From NCBI RefSeq assembly GCF_018350175.1, contig NC_058369.1, forward strand, positions 25,732,001 through 25,796,000: a stretch of DNA of 64,000 nt, in the 5' to 3' direction. Below, in pieces: positions 49,336 through 62,390 of the stretch; the first letter of the stretch is position 1, and each line of letters starts with the position of its first letter. The translations under genes were made by a program, and so were the position numbers. A model generated the notes under the pieces. That model was given only the letters and a program-made list of their open reading frames with translations. It made no database searches and was not told where the DNA came from. The DNA is from Felis catus. Taxonomy: Eukaryota.

Positions 49336-49429
49336 AAAGAAAGAATTGCTATGAAGTATGTATTTTTGCAGTGTCACTGAGGTGGGAACCCCCATGAATA
49401 ATCTGAGAAAGTGGATTAAAAATTTTGTT

Positions 49430-51240
49430 ACAAAGAAGAACAAAGTCAGAGGGCACACTTTCTGATTACAAACCTTGCTGTAAAGCTAGAGTTACGTCAA
49501 CAGTATAGTACTGACTTAAGGACAGACATGTAGACTAATGGAATAGAATAAAGAGCCTTGAAATAAACCGTTGGGTGTATGGTCAAGTGATTTTTCCATG
49601 TGGAAAGAATGGTCTTTTCGACAAATGGTGCTTGAAAAATTGGATACCCATATGCAAAAAGATGACATTGTACCCTTATACCATATACAAAAATACAGCT
49701 GACCCTTCAACAACACAGGCTTGAGCTGCATGGGTCCATTTATGTGTGGATTTTTTTTTCATAAATACAGTACACTACTATAAATGTATTTTCCTTAAGA
49801 TTTTATTAATAACATTTTCTTTAGCTTATTTTATTGTAAGAATACAGTATATAATGCATATAACATGCAAAATATGTGTTAACTGTTTATGTTATTTGTA
49901 AAGCTTCTGGTCAACAGTAGGCTATTAGTAGTTAAGTTTTGGGGAGTCAAAAGTTACATGTGGATTTTCAACTGTGCCAGGGACTGGTGCTCCTAATCCC
50001 TGTGTTGTTCAAAAGCCAATTGTAATTCAAGATGAATCAAAGACTTAAGCATAAGAGCTAAACCCTATAAAGCTCTTAGAAGAAAACACAAGAAAAAGGC
50101 TTCATGACATTGCATTTGGCAATGATTTTTTTGATATGACATCAAAAGCACAGGTAACAAAAGAAAAAAATAAGTAAATTGGGCTTCATCAAAATTGAGA
50201 ACTTTTGCGCATCAAAGGACACCATCTACAGAGTGAAAAGGCAACCTACAGAATGAGAGGAAATGTTTGCAAATAATTTACCTGATGCGAGATTAATATC
50301 TAAGAATAAATATATGAAGAATAACTCCCACAACTTGAACAATGACAAAAAACAACACAATTCAAAAATGCTCCAAGGACTTGAATAGACATTTCTCCAA
50401 ATAAAATGTACAGATGGCCAATAAGCACATGAAAAGATGCTCAAAAACATCTTTTTTAGGGGAATTTCTATACTCTTTTCTACAGCAGCTATAGAATTAG
50501 GGGAATGCAAATAAAAAACAGTGAGAAACCACTTCACACTCATTAGGATAGCTATTATGAAAAACAAACAAAACCCAGAAAATAACAAGTGTTAGTTTTG
50601 GAACCCTTGTATGGTGCTAGTGGGAATGTAAAATGATACAGCCACGGTAGAAATATATAGAAATTCCTCAAAAAAATTAAACATAGCATTACCAGATAAC
50701 CCAGCAGCCCCATTTCTGGATATACACTCAAAAGAATTGAAAGCAGGACTCAAACAAATATTTATCCTTCAGTATTCATAGCAGCATTATTCACAATAGC
50801 CAAGATGTGGAAGCAACCCAAAAATCCATCTATATGTGGATATGTAAAATGTGTTTATACACACACACACACACACTGAAATATTATTCAGCCTTAAAAG
50901 AATAAAATTCTGGGACATGTTACAGCATAGATGAACCTTGAAGATATTATGCTAAGTGAAATTAAGCTAGACACAAAAAGCAATGATTGTATGATTTCAC
51001 TTAATATGAGGTACCTAGATTCGTGGGGTCACAAAGTAGAGGCTGGGAGAAGGAGGGAACAAGGAAGTTGTTGTTCAGTGGGCACAAAGTTTCAGTTTGG
51101 GATGATGAAAAAGTTCTAGACATAGATAGGAATAGGTTGCACAACAACGTGAATGGACTTAATGGCACTGAACTGTAGGCTTAAAAATGGTTAAAAGGGT
51201 AAGGTTTATGTTATGTGTATTTTACCACAATAAAAGAAAT
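49430..51240 (+). mobile_element. L1MB-type fragment (ORF2 3' part + UTR)
   Basis: aagaacaaagtcagagg.., caaatggtgcttgaaaaattggata, 3' end atgttatgtgtattttaccacaataaaa. Confidence 0.88.
49696..50022. mobile_element. Tigger1-derived non-autonomous DNA transposon inserted in the L1
   Basis: Terminal inverted repeats cagctgacccttcaacaacacagg / cctgtgttgttcaaaagccaattg with a TA target duplication. Confidence 0.85.
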
Positions 51241-51619
51241 TAGGGCTTTAGGCATATAAGTACATGAAAATAATTTTTAAGAGCCAGACTTGCTGATTTG
51301 TACAATTTTTTTTTTTTTGGTCAAACATTAATATGTTCTTTGGAGTTTCATTCATTCATTTTCAGCATGAGCTCTGACGTTCCACTTATAAATATTCATT
51401 GACACCTTGCTGAGGTTACAAAAATGAGCAAAACAGACATTGTTACAGCCATAGCAAGCTTACAGTTTATTGGGGAAAACAGGTTCAAGCAAATAATTAA
51501 AATAATGATGAGTTATGTTAAGTGTGAAGAAGTAAATATCATAGTAAGAAGCAGATTAACAGGAGCAGGGAAGACTTACTTTAGATGGATCTGGAAGATG
51601 GTGTATTTGCCTGCTAGTG

Positions 51620-52134
51620 CTGAGTAATATAATAAAAGTAAGCATGTGGTCTTTGTCCTGAGTTCCTGGCACACTGCTCCTAAAACCCTTGGAATCTCTG
51701 GAGAGATAAGAGGATCTTTTGTGTGCTAATGAGATGACTGGTGGCTGGGGTCCCTAGATAGCTTCAGGATGGGGGCTGGTTGCCAGAAAGAAGGAGGCAT
51801 GATTACAGGGTTGAACTTTCAGTCCCACTCCATGACCTCCCAGAGAGAAGAATATTGGGTTAACTACCAATGGCCAGTGATCTAATCAATCATGCCTCCA
51901 TAATGAAACCTCCATAAAAACTCCTACGTTGTGGAATTTGGAGAGTGTCTGAGTTGATGAACACAGGAGATAATGAGAGGGTGGTGCACCCAGAGAGAGC
52001 ATGGAATCTCTACTCTTCCCCTGTACTTTGCCCTATGCCTCTCTTCCATGTGGCTGTTCCTATGATGTATCTTTTTTTTAATGTTTATTTACTTATTTTG
52101 GGAGAGAGAAAGAGAGAGTGTGAGCAGGAGAGGA

Positions 52135-52178
<44 letters not shown>

Positions 52179-52625
52179 CCAGTCAACCTCTGCATTCACA
52201 GCATGGAGCTCGATTTCATGAACTGTGAGATCATGACCTGAGCTGCAATCAAGAGTCTGAGACTTAACCAACTGAACCACCCAGATGCCCATGTTGTATC
52301 TTTTATAATAAAATGGGAAGAGTAAATAAAGGGTTTCCTTGAGTTCTGTGAACTGTTCTAGCAAATTATTAAACCTGAGGAAAGGGTTGTAAGAACCCCT
52401 GATTTATCACCAGTCAGAAGTGCAGGTGGCAGCCTGGGACTTCCAAATGACATCTGAAGACAGGGCAGTCTTATGGGACTGAGCCCTTTAATTTGAGGGA
52501 TCTGATGCTAACTCTAGGTAGACAGTGTCAAAATTGAATTGTTGAACACACAGTTGATATCTGGAGAGTTGGAGAATAGGTTGATGTAATGAAAAAACCC
52601 ACACGTTTGGTATCGAAAGTATTAG
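51620..52625 (+). mobile_element. MER21-like LTR with a nested Can-SINE (-, 52072-52290)
   Basis: ttcctggcacactgctcctaaaacccttggaatct, gctaatgagatgactggtggctgggg; SINE TSD atgatgtatcttt / atgttgtatcttt. Confidence 0.75.
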
Positions 52626-52639
52626 GAAAAACAGTTCAA

Positions 52640-52860
52640 AGGCTGACTTAACAAAATACCATAGACCAGAAGTATCTGGCATCTCTTCTTCCTTTAAGGA
52701 TACCAAGTATTCCTATAGGACTATGACTCCACACTTGTGACATCATTTAACCATAATTACCTTTCTAAAGACTCTGTCACCAAAAATAGCCACATTAGGT
52801 TTAGGACTTCAGCTATGAATATGGCCAGGGGTGTGGGGGGCACAATTCAGTCTCTAACAG
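52640..52860 (-). mobile_element. MLT1 LTR fragment
   Basis: catcatttaaccataattacc...gggggcacaattcagtctctaaca. Confidence 0.6.
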
Positions 52861-53884
52861 AAGGGTGATCAGAGAAGGCCTTTCAGAGAAGTTGACATTT
52901 CCACTGAGACCTAAAGGCTATAGGAGCCTGTTTGGGATGAGCCAGAGGAAGGTCACTCTACAAAGAAGAAACATGCAGAGGTATAATGTGCATTTGTTAT
53001 ACTGTTAGAGAATATTGACTTATGATACAGAGGAAAAGAAAAAACACAGGATAGATGAAACTCATGAGATGTGTTAAATATAGAGAAGTAGCCAGTGGGT
53101 AGAACACATGTGTGTTAAATGTGGATAGAGATTAAAGGACCATGAGTAATACTTGAGAGGCACTAAATATACATGAAGCACCTAAGCACTAAATATTCAT
53201 GACAAATTAAATATATACGAGATATTTAATGTCCAGAATGCACTAAATATACATGAGCACTTAATATTTATGAGGTCATAATCCAGTAACTCATTGGTAA
53301 TATCTATTCTGGTCCATGTGTCCTCTGCCTAAAACACATAAACCCTTGGCTCAAATAAAACCCATAGCTGTTTAGCAGGTTAACTGGCAAGGTACAGCTA
53401 TTGGCAGGGTATACTTGGCCCCATGTCTTGCTGGTAGAGCAAATGTATGTCATTGGCCTAGGACACCTTCTGTCTGTGGGCTCCCTTGCTTGAACTTCAA
53501 CTCTGGTTGAAGTTAGCAGAGAAGGCTAATGCAGCAGAGAGATGTAGGACATACAAATATTATGTAATCTAGGATTTAAGTAGCAAGATCTTTTGCTTCT
53601 TTTGCACCCTTTCCTAATAATGTGTTAACTTAACCCTGCATCTCTTTTCCATTGGTTTTCACTGTATTTTAAATAAATAAACTGTGTGACTCAAGCATTT
53701 TTTTAAGTTTTTTTTTTTAAGTTTATTGTCACTGAAGCATTTTAATTTGATCTGTGAGTACTTCTGTTCTATAATATTTGGGATACCCTGCCTAATAATA
53801 TAATTGATGTTTACCATTGCTATCAAGGTAATTTCCCATACAACAAAAGGCCTTAAAATGGGAAAAGCTCAGTGTGTTCTAGAA

Positions 53885-54068
53885 CTGCACTGCTCAATAT
53901 TGTGGCCACTAGCTATTTAAATTTAAAATAAGTAAAATAAAATAAAATTTAAAATTCATTTCCTTAGTTACACCAGCCATATTTCAAGTGCTCAATAGCT
54001 ACATGTAGTCCAACAGCAACTGGACATTGCAGAAGAACATTTCCAGTATCATAGAATGTTCTGTTGGG
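53885..54068. mobile_element. MER3/MER33-like hAT element
   Basis: ccagccatatttcaagtgctcaatagctacatgt...agaacatttccagtatcatagaatgttctgttgg. Confidence 0.7.
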
Positions 54069-54288
54069 TGGTAATGCTTTAGAAACTTAGAGGAGGCTAA
54101 TAAGGTCAGAGGGTGATGATGAGGAAGGTAGCTGGAGATGAATTTGTGGGGGAAGGAGCTGTCAACATCATGCAGGGTCTTATGGATCATGTTAGAACTT
54201 GAACTGTAGTCTAAGTACAATATACATAATTTGGTTTATATTTTAAGAAGATTCCTTCTGGCTATTGACTAGAGAATGGGTTGGAAGA

Positions 54289-54833
54289 TGTGCAGAAGAG
54301 AGTTAGCATAGCTGGCCTGACTGCTATCTTTTGAAAGTCTGGCTAACAAGATTGGTGTTTAGCTCATGTTTGGCAACTCAGATTTTGGAAGGGTTCTCAC
54401 CACGCAAATGTATGAATTGCTCACTTTCTCAAACTGAACACCTGCATAAAGTTGAACACCTGCCTTCCTTTGAGGACTCTGGAATTTTGGTACCTGCTAG
54501 GCAGAGGATGCCTATATGACTAACCCCCTATAAAATCCTTGGTTACTGAGTTTTAAACAAGCTTCCCTGATTAACATTTCACATGTGTTGTCATAACCCA
54601 TTGCTAGGGGGAATTAACCACATCCTGTATGACTACAATGGGAGAAGACTCTTAGAAGCTTGGGTCTGGTTTCCCCTGGACTTTGCCCCATGTGCCTTTT
54701 CCCATTGGAGATTGCTTTGACTTTTTTGCTGTAATAAATTATGGATAGCTATGAGTACACTATACTCTGAGTCCTGTGAGTCTTCCTAGCATATCATTGA
54801 ATATGGGGGTGCGTAGTCTTAGGGACCCCTAAC
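54289..54833 (+). mobile_element. MER68-like solo LTR
   Basis: tgtgcagaagagagttagcatagctggcctgactgctatc...gtcttagggacccctaaca. Confidence 0.7.
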
Positions 54834-55310
54834 AAAGAGGAGGCGGAGATAACAATGAAGGGGGAAAACCATTTAAGGAGCAATTTCAATCATCCAACCA
54901 GGTGAGACATAATGATGACTTGGACTGGAACAGTGGCAATTAAGATGGAGACAGACAAATCAAAATTTTCAAAATAGTGTCTTCACTGCAGACATACAGA
55001 CTTAAAGAGAGAATCCTAGGCTGATATAGTGTTGGGAAATTTGGTCTTTCTCCCAAGTTCCCCACTTCTTTTTGTGTTTTAACTTGGATTCAAGAAGTAT
55101 GTATATATCTGCCTATAACTTTCAAAGAGTGAAAGCAGCTATATGTAACTCATGCAGGTTTTTCATTATCCATGTGCTCCAAAATTTGTAAGTTTTTCCC
55201 TTTAAACAGATTTCATTTCTGTCCCTTCTGTCTCTGCTTTCCCATTGCTGATCTCACCAGTGTACCTCTTGATTCCGTATTAATGCATCAACTTACGGAA
55301 TCATTCTTCC

Positions 55311-55510
55311 TTAATGTTTATTTATTTTTGAGAGTGAGAGAGAGAGAGCAAGAGAGGGGGGAAGGGGCAGATGGAGACACAGAATCCAAAACAGCCTCCA
55401 GGCTCTGAGCTGTCAGCACAGAGCCTGATGCAGGGCTCAAACCCATGAGTGGTGAGATCATGACCTGAGCCTAAGTCAGACACTTAACCGATGGAGCCAC
55501 CCGGGGGCCC
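55311..55510 (-). mobile_element. Can-SINE
   Basis: TSD ggaatcattcttc / ggaatcagtcttc. Confidence 0.9.
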
Positions 55511-55884
55511 TAGGGAATCAGTCTTCTTAATATCAGGTTCACCCACATAATCTAATCTTCCTTAATCACCAACCCTTCCCTAGTCTCATTACATTAAATT
55601 CCTTTATCTCAGTTTTATAACTCCCATAACCTATCCCCACACTATCTGGCTTAACTTCCCATCCAGATCCTCTCTGACACTTGTCCTCCTCTCCTTAGGG
55701 CTCCAGTGGCCCAATGTGCTCATTTCTAGTCCAAGGCTTTAGTTAGGCACTTTCTCTATTTTCTCTCTCCTTATCTCTTTCAGTCATAAAGACTTCCCTG
55801 ATTGGCCCTGCCCCAATTGTACTTCTTAGTCCCTCTCAACCAAAACATTACGGGGTACCCCGTAATTCAGAATGTATGTATATA

Positions 55885-56450
55885 TCAATTAGGACCTTTT
55901 TGTTTGGAAGTGACAGAAAACCCAACTGATTTATTAAACAATAAAAGAAAATTTAGTAATTCATGTCACTTAAGTTTTAGGGTATATCTTCCTTTATTGG
56001 AGTTCTATCCAAAGATTCCAACAATGTCATCAGGATTTGGTTGTTCTCCATTTTTGGGTTCCACCTCCCATTAAGTTGGCTTTATTCTTGAGCTTTATCT
56101 ATGTAATTTAATCTCATCCCCCAACACACCTCAAACCTCCAACTTCGCATCTTCCCAGGTTCAAGTCCAATGGAAACATAGCATTTCTTCCTGGAAATTT
56201 TTAAGCAACTCTTGGAACTCACCTTCTCTGTCTTGAATTGGTCATACCCATCCCAGTACCAACATTGTGGTAAATAGAATTCTGGGTGGTGGCTGGTCAG
56301 ACCTGGGTCACATGTTCCACCCCCTGAACTAGGAGGAGAGCCCTATCTGAATCAAGTGGACTCAGAATGAAATAAGGAGCATTTCTAAAGGAAAGTTAAG
56401 ATAGGGTTATCAGAAGGGACACTGGGAGGCAAAACCAACAATTATGATCA
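55885..56450 (-). mobile_element. Old MLT1 LTR
   Basis: tcaattaggacctttttgtttggaagtgacagaaaacccaact is the reverse of an MLT1 3' end. Confidence 0.5.
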
Positions 56451-56696
56451 CCATAATTCATGTAATCTTATGAACTGCTTCATAACTTGCAGAAATTTCA
56501 CCCTTTTTATTTTTCTAAATTGAATTAAATTTGGCACTGGCTAATATTAATGATCAATCTTCATGTGTCCTTCCCCACTTGAACATAATAAATCCTGGAA
56601 ATTATGGAATTCAGGAAAATTGAACCAAGAGCTTTGGCCTAAGTTCATCATATTAGATAATAGCTTGGAGATATTCACTGCCCTCATTTTCCATTT

Positions 56697-56918
56697 GTTT
56701 TTTGTTTTATTTTGAGAGAGAGAGCAATAGAGAGCACGTGAGCAGGGGAGAAGGACAGAGGAGGGGAGAGAGAGGGATAGAGGGAGAGACAATCCCAAAC
56801 AGGCTCCATGCTCAGCACAGAGCCTGATGCTGCAGGACTCTAAACCTATGACCCTGGGATCATGACCTGAGCCGAAATCAAGAGTCGGATGCTCAACCAA
56901 CTGAGCCATCCAGGTGTC
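56697..56918 (-). mobile_element. Can-SINE
   Basis: TSD cctcattttccattt. Confidence 0.9.
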
Positions 56919-58201
56919 CTCATTTTCCATTTAAATATAAGCAGCTCTACTGAGGTCCTCTACTCTTTCTAGACCACTGGGATTTTTACTGTAGATCCTA
57001 AGGCTAAACTGCATAGTGTTGGACATCCATACTCCTCTTCAGTGGTTTTTGCACCTCCCTAGACAGACCCGTATGGTATCAAAACTCACATCTCTATTAG
57101 TCATATACTTATATGCTTTCAGAGTAATTGCTACAGTTTTACATAGGTAATATTTTTCTTCCAGGCTAAACTATTTGTTTTCTAATTTATGCTTTTGTGT
57201 GCCTCACTTTGCTGAGCATAGAGAACACAGCAAATACTTGTTGATAGGTACAAAGAGGAAAATACATAGTTTTTCCTAAGAGAATTTACAACTGGCCAAG
57301 GGGATACAACCCAGAAGAAGAAACCCAGGTAAGACCACAAATCAAGGAAGAATAGGAGATTTAGAAAATGAGAAATGGAAGCACTATAGGGACTCTAGGA
57401 GTATAAGATTAGATCTTACTGGGGGTTTAGGACAGGTTACATAAAGATAGACTCATTAAAGAATGCTTCTGAAGTCTTGAACCCTTTTGAGAGAGGAAAG
57501 AGACTTTTGTTTTTGATTTTGTAATATTTTGAAAGAAGGATTTTTTAAAAATCTAAAACAACACTGTTGGAGATGGATGCAGAAGTCTGGAATACAAATT
57601 ATTCTCTCTGTCTCTCTGTCTCTGTCTCCAGATCCCTCTTCATTAAGATTCAGACTTCATTTAAATTTAATTTGCAAGAGGTGTCATTTTTATTAATTTA
57701 ATATTTAATATCTATTAATGTGGATTCAATCTGTGTAATTTGATTTCATAATGGTTATGCAACTAGTGCTACCATTCTTTCACCCACTCTTTTCAACTTT
57801 CATGTCAGTGGCAGGAGCCCTTGACCTGGTCTGGAGGGATAAGAAGGTAGACCAGCAAACTGCAGGCACTGTTGTAGCATTTGTCTGCCCCTCAAATCCC
57901 AGGCCCTAAAGAGTAGTATAGTGTTTAGGTATATAATAACACTAACTGGTGAAAAATATATCTGATATTCCCCTCTTGCTTTTCCCAGACACTTTTCTAA
58001 TAGAATTGACAATGAAACTAGCTGGCCTAATATAAGATATTGGTGAAGAAGAGCACAGTGACTTAAAGCATCAGACACAAGAAAAGCATCCTCTTTTATT
58101 ATAAGAAAATGCTAAGAAGCAGAGAAATAAACATTAAGTTTTTTAATAGGAATATCTACATCTCATTTGTCTGTGAGTGACTGATAACCAATAAAAAATG
58201 A

Positions 58202-58407
58202 GGGGCGCCTGGGTGGCTCAGTCAGTTGAGTGTCCACCTTTGGCTCAGGTCATGATCTCATGGTTCATGGGTGCAAGCCCTGTGGTGGGCTCTGTGCTGA
58301 CAGCTCAGAGCCTGGAGCTTGCTTCAGATTCTGTCTCCCTCTCTTTCTGCTCCTCCCCTGTTCACGCTTTGTCTCTCTCTCAAAAATAAATAAATATTTA
58401 AAAAAAA
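58202..58407 (+). mobile_element. Can-SINE
   Basis: TSD aaaaaatga. Confidence 0.9.
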
Positions 58408-58922
58408 TGAAATTCTGGAATGCTATTTGCATACTTTTGAAAAAAGAGGTACCAGAATAACATTTGTGTGCGCTCTTTTACAAAATAGTACTAACAATAG
58501 GGTCATTACTGTATTTCAAATAACCCACCACAGGACTGGATAAGAGAGTGGGGTCAAAGCTGGAAAGATAATTCAGTATGGAGAAGGGGGAGCTAGTATA
58601 CTCAGAAACTGCTTTTGTTTCTGCCACCAAAGTTCTCTAATTGTTCTTTGATGGTTATTATGTATCAGATGTTAGATGAAAAAGTGGTTTGCACTTCCCT
58701 TAAAGAGTCCCTTAAAGATGGGGGCAGGAATCTGCATTTTTAACAAACCCTGTAGGATTCAAATGTAGGTGATCTGAGGATTGTACCTTGAGAAACACTG
58801 CACATTCAGAGCATTCGGTGCTTCAAATCCCTATACAGAAAGTAAAGTGTAGAAAGCTCTCTAGTTGGAGAGAGTGGTTAGGGGGACTCATCCAGAAAGT
58901 TTGTTTAGAAGACAAACACCCT

Positions 58923-59180
58923 GGGGACACCTAGGTGGCTCAGACTGTTAAGTGATTCTTGATTTTGGCGCAGGTCATGATCTCATGGCTTGATTCATGA
59001 AATTGAGCCCCGAGTCAGGATCTGCACTGACAGCTGGAACCTGCTTGGGATTCTTTTTCTCCCTATCTCTCTGCCTCTCCCCCACCTGCATGCTTGTTTT
59101 CTCTCTCTCTCTCTTTCTCTCTCTCAAAATAAATAAATAGACTTCAAAAAAAAAAAAAAAAGAAAGAAAGAAAAAGAAAA
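58923..59180 (+). mobile_element. Can-SINE
   Basis: SINE body, CT tract, A tail. Confidence 0.88.
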
Positions 59181-59264
59181 CAGACACCTTGTATGTTTAT
59201 TTAAGATGATGGGGGGCTCTTGAGGGACACTGGTGCAGGAGTTGGTTAAGAAATGCTTAAGAAG

Positions 59265-59420
59265 AGCGCTTCTTAAACTTCAATGTGCACACAAATCACC
59301 AGGGATCTTATTAAAATGTGGATTCTAATTCAATGGGACTGGGTGGGTCCTGAGGATTCTGTGTGTCTAACAAGCTCCCAGGTGATGCCAATGCTGATGG
59401 TCCCAGGACCGCCCTTTGGT
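59265..59420. mobile_element. MER5A-like hAT MITE
   Basis: aatcaccagggatcttattaaaatgtggattct...tctaacaagctcccaggtgatgcc. Confidence 0.8.
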
Positions 59421-59937
59421 AAGATTTTAAATGAAAGTGGGGTTATGTAATGGAGAGGGGCATGGTCAGAAATTGTATGTGAAGTGGAAAACTAAGACAT
59501 GAAACATAGCCAAGGTCTGAAGAAGACTTAATAACCAAAGGTTAAACAAATCAGAATCAGGAAAGAGGAGGTAGCTGGTTAATTCAGACAGGCTAAGAGT
59601 GAATCACCAAGATTTTTTTCTCCTACATGGAGCATGTTTTATGTGTACACGAAAAAAGAGTGGTCACAGATAGGGTCACAGACCAGGTCTAATCAGCCTA
59701 TAACCAAAAAAATCCAGCCAAGTTTCTTAAAGAAACTTCATTGTTCTCTCTGATTAAAAAACCCACCTCCCACAAGCTAGAAAATGCAACTTTGCAACAC
59801 AGGATAACTGATCATCACCACAGAAGTTTCAAAAACCAAGATCTTGTATCTTTCTTTGCTGAAAATCTTGGATGGTTTCCCCTGTTAGGACAAATCTAGG
59901 TTTCTGAGCTCTTAGTTCAGTTTCTTCCACTTCCTTT

Positions 59938-60157
59938 AAAAAAAAAAAAATTAATGTTTATTCATTTTTGAGAGAGAGACAGAGACAGAGGGTGAGTGGG
60001 GGAGGGGCAGAGAGAAAGGGAGACACAGAATCTGAAGCAGGCTCCAGGCTCTGAGCTGTCAGCACAGAGCCTGACACGGAGCTCGAACTCACAGACCAGG
60101 AGATCATGACCTGAGCCAAAGTCGGATGCTTAACCGACTGAGTCACCCAGGCGCCCC
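59938..60157 (-). mobile_element. Can-SINE
   Basis: TSD tttcttccacttc. Confidence 0.92.
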
Positions 60158-60454
60158 TAATTTCTTCCACTTCTGCCCTAGCCCTGCATTTCCAGCCCTG
60201 TATCTCACCAATATCCAGTTTTCTCCAGGGTATTTCCTACTTGTAGGCCTCTGCTCTAGTCAGTTTTTTGTTTGTTTTTGTTTTTGTTTTTTTTGCTGGA
60301 ATGCCTTTTTTCTAATATATTATTCAAAGCTTTGTTTAAACATAATGATGATGATTATGTTTAACAATCTCTATTTGCTCTGTACTGTTTGGTAGGCACT
60401 ACATTATCAGAATGAATTCCTACTATGACTCTGAAAGGTAATGATGATTATGAT

Positions 60455-61130
60455 TGTCCATTCATTCACTCAGCAAATATTTATTGTGCCCCTGAGGTGT
60501 TCCAGGAACTTAAAACTAAATAGACAACTCCCTTCCTTCAACAGGTTTACATTGCAGTGTAAGAGACAGATAATAGACACCGTGATAAACGCTATGGGGG
60601 AAAAAAAATGAAGCAGAGTATGGGGATACTGGTAAAGGGAATGATTTGAGCCTGAATAACAACAACTGCTACCCTAAAGGATTACTGGAGGCAGAGAAAA
60701 AATTAAATGCAAAAGGTCTGCTTGACATGTTTTGGCAAGGAGAGGGTGACTGAAGAAGAGGATGGTTGGAGTTGAGGAGAGGTGGGGCTAAATCCTTAGG
60801 AGGGCCTTATAAAGTAAGGCCTCTCCCTCTAAGTTAGATGTGAAGCCACAGTCCTTTTTAAAGGAGTTAGGAGTGATAGCCTTGACAATTGATCATAGGG
60901 GAACAAGAGCAGAGTCGGAGATGTGTTAGGAGTCTGCTGCAAAGATCCAGGTGAGACATGATGGAGGCATGGCCCAAGTTAGAAGCAGTGGAGTCAGGGA
61001 GTAGTGGTCAGATTCTGCATCTATTTAGAAGGTTCAGGAGGCAGGATGTAGGTGGCAGTGAGAGAATGAGAATAGCTAAAGACAGCTGAGTGCTTTGGCC
61101 TCTACAATTAGTGGGATGGAGTTGCTATTT
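60455..61130. mobile_element. L2 fragment
   Basis: cattcattcactcagcaaatatttattgtgcc...tccaggtgagacatgatggagg. Confidence 0.7.
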
Positions 61131-61662
61131 GTTGTTATCTTATAGATAAAGAATTTGAGGTTTAAGATGGTGTCGTAACTCCTCCAAAGTCAACTGTCTA
61201 GTTGTCTGTTACAGGTTTATCTGGAAAGATTGAGTAGTAGTTTGCCTTTTTCCCATCTCCTCAAGAAATAGCCTTCTTATGTAAAGACAGCACTGAATCC
61301 AGGAAGCGTTTGTGGGATTTTAGGACTTCCAAGTGTCTCCCTCTCCCAGAGCATCCAGCAAAGGACAGTTCCTAGGCTGGGATGGCTGCAGGATGCTTGC
61401 AAAACAGGTTACTAAGCACTAAGACCCTAAGTGCCATAAGAGTGCTGGGCTGTTTTGCTCCCCAGAATGGAGAAGACCTCTGGGGTCTTCTGAGGACTGT
61501 CTCTGGCCAGACAAAGGAGAATCAATAGCATAACCGCAATTCAGAGTCTCAGGACCACTCAAACCCTAGAGGTTTTGTACAGTTCACTGCAATGGGTAAA
61601 AGAGTCCCAGAAATAATTCTTGCCCACATCAATGAGTGGGAGCTCTGAGCCACATTTTATTT

Positions 61663-61755
61663 GAAGGAAGGAAGGGAAAGAAGGAGGGAAGGAGGAAAGG
61701 AAGGAAGGAAGGAAGGAAGGAAGGAAGGAAGGAAGGAAGGAAGGAAGGAAGGAAA
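61663..61755. repeat. (GGAA)n microsatellite
   Basis: Direct reading. Confidence 0.95.
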
Positions 61756-61757
61756 GC

Positions 61758-62390
61758 TTGGGAATGCAAACTGGTGCAGCCACTCTGGAAAACAGTATGG
61801 AGGTTCCTCAAAAAATTAAAAATAGAACTACCCTATGACCCAGAAATTGCACTACTAGGTATTTATCCAAGGGATACAGGTATACTGTTTTGAAGGAGCA
61901 CATGCACCCCCATGTTTATAGCAGCGCTATCAACAATAGCCAAGTATGGAAAGAGCCATATGTCCGTTGATGGATGAATGGATAAAGAAGATGTGGTATA
62001 TATATACAATGGAGTATTACTTGGCAATCAAAAAGAATGAAATCTTGCCATTTGTAACCATGTGGATGGAACTAGAGAGTATTATGCTAAGTGAAACTAG
62101 TCAGAGAAAGACAAACATATGATTTCACTTATATGAGGACCTTAAGATAGTAAACAGATGAACATAAGGGAAGGGAAGTAAAAATAATATCAAACCGGGA
62201 GAGGGACAAAACATAAGAGGCTCTTAAATATGGAGAACAAACAGAGGGTTACTGGAGGGGTTGTGGAAGGGGGGATGGGTTAAATGGGCAAGGGGCATTA
62301 CGGAATCTACTCCTGAAATCATTGTTGCACCATGTGCTAACTAACTTGGATGTAAATTAAAAAAAAATAAATAATTTTTAAAAAAAGAAA
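61758..62390 (+). mobile_element. 5'-truncated feline L1 3' end
   Basis: tgggaatgcaaactggtgcagccactctggaaaacagtatggagg...tgtgctaactaacttggatgtaaattaaaaaa. Confidence 0.92.

Noticed and set aside
53160..53273. Repeat-spacer-like pattern suggestive of a CRISPR array
   Set aside because: Mammalian DNA, repeats only 17 nt, spacers irregular (0-37 nt), no cas genes
4410..60170. Many similar 60-90 aa ORFs (MAQ.V..PTSAQV.IS..VSSSP...)
   Set aside because: Translations of repeated Can-SINE bodies
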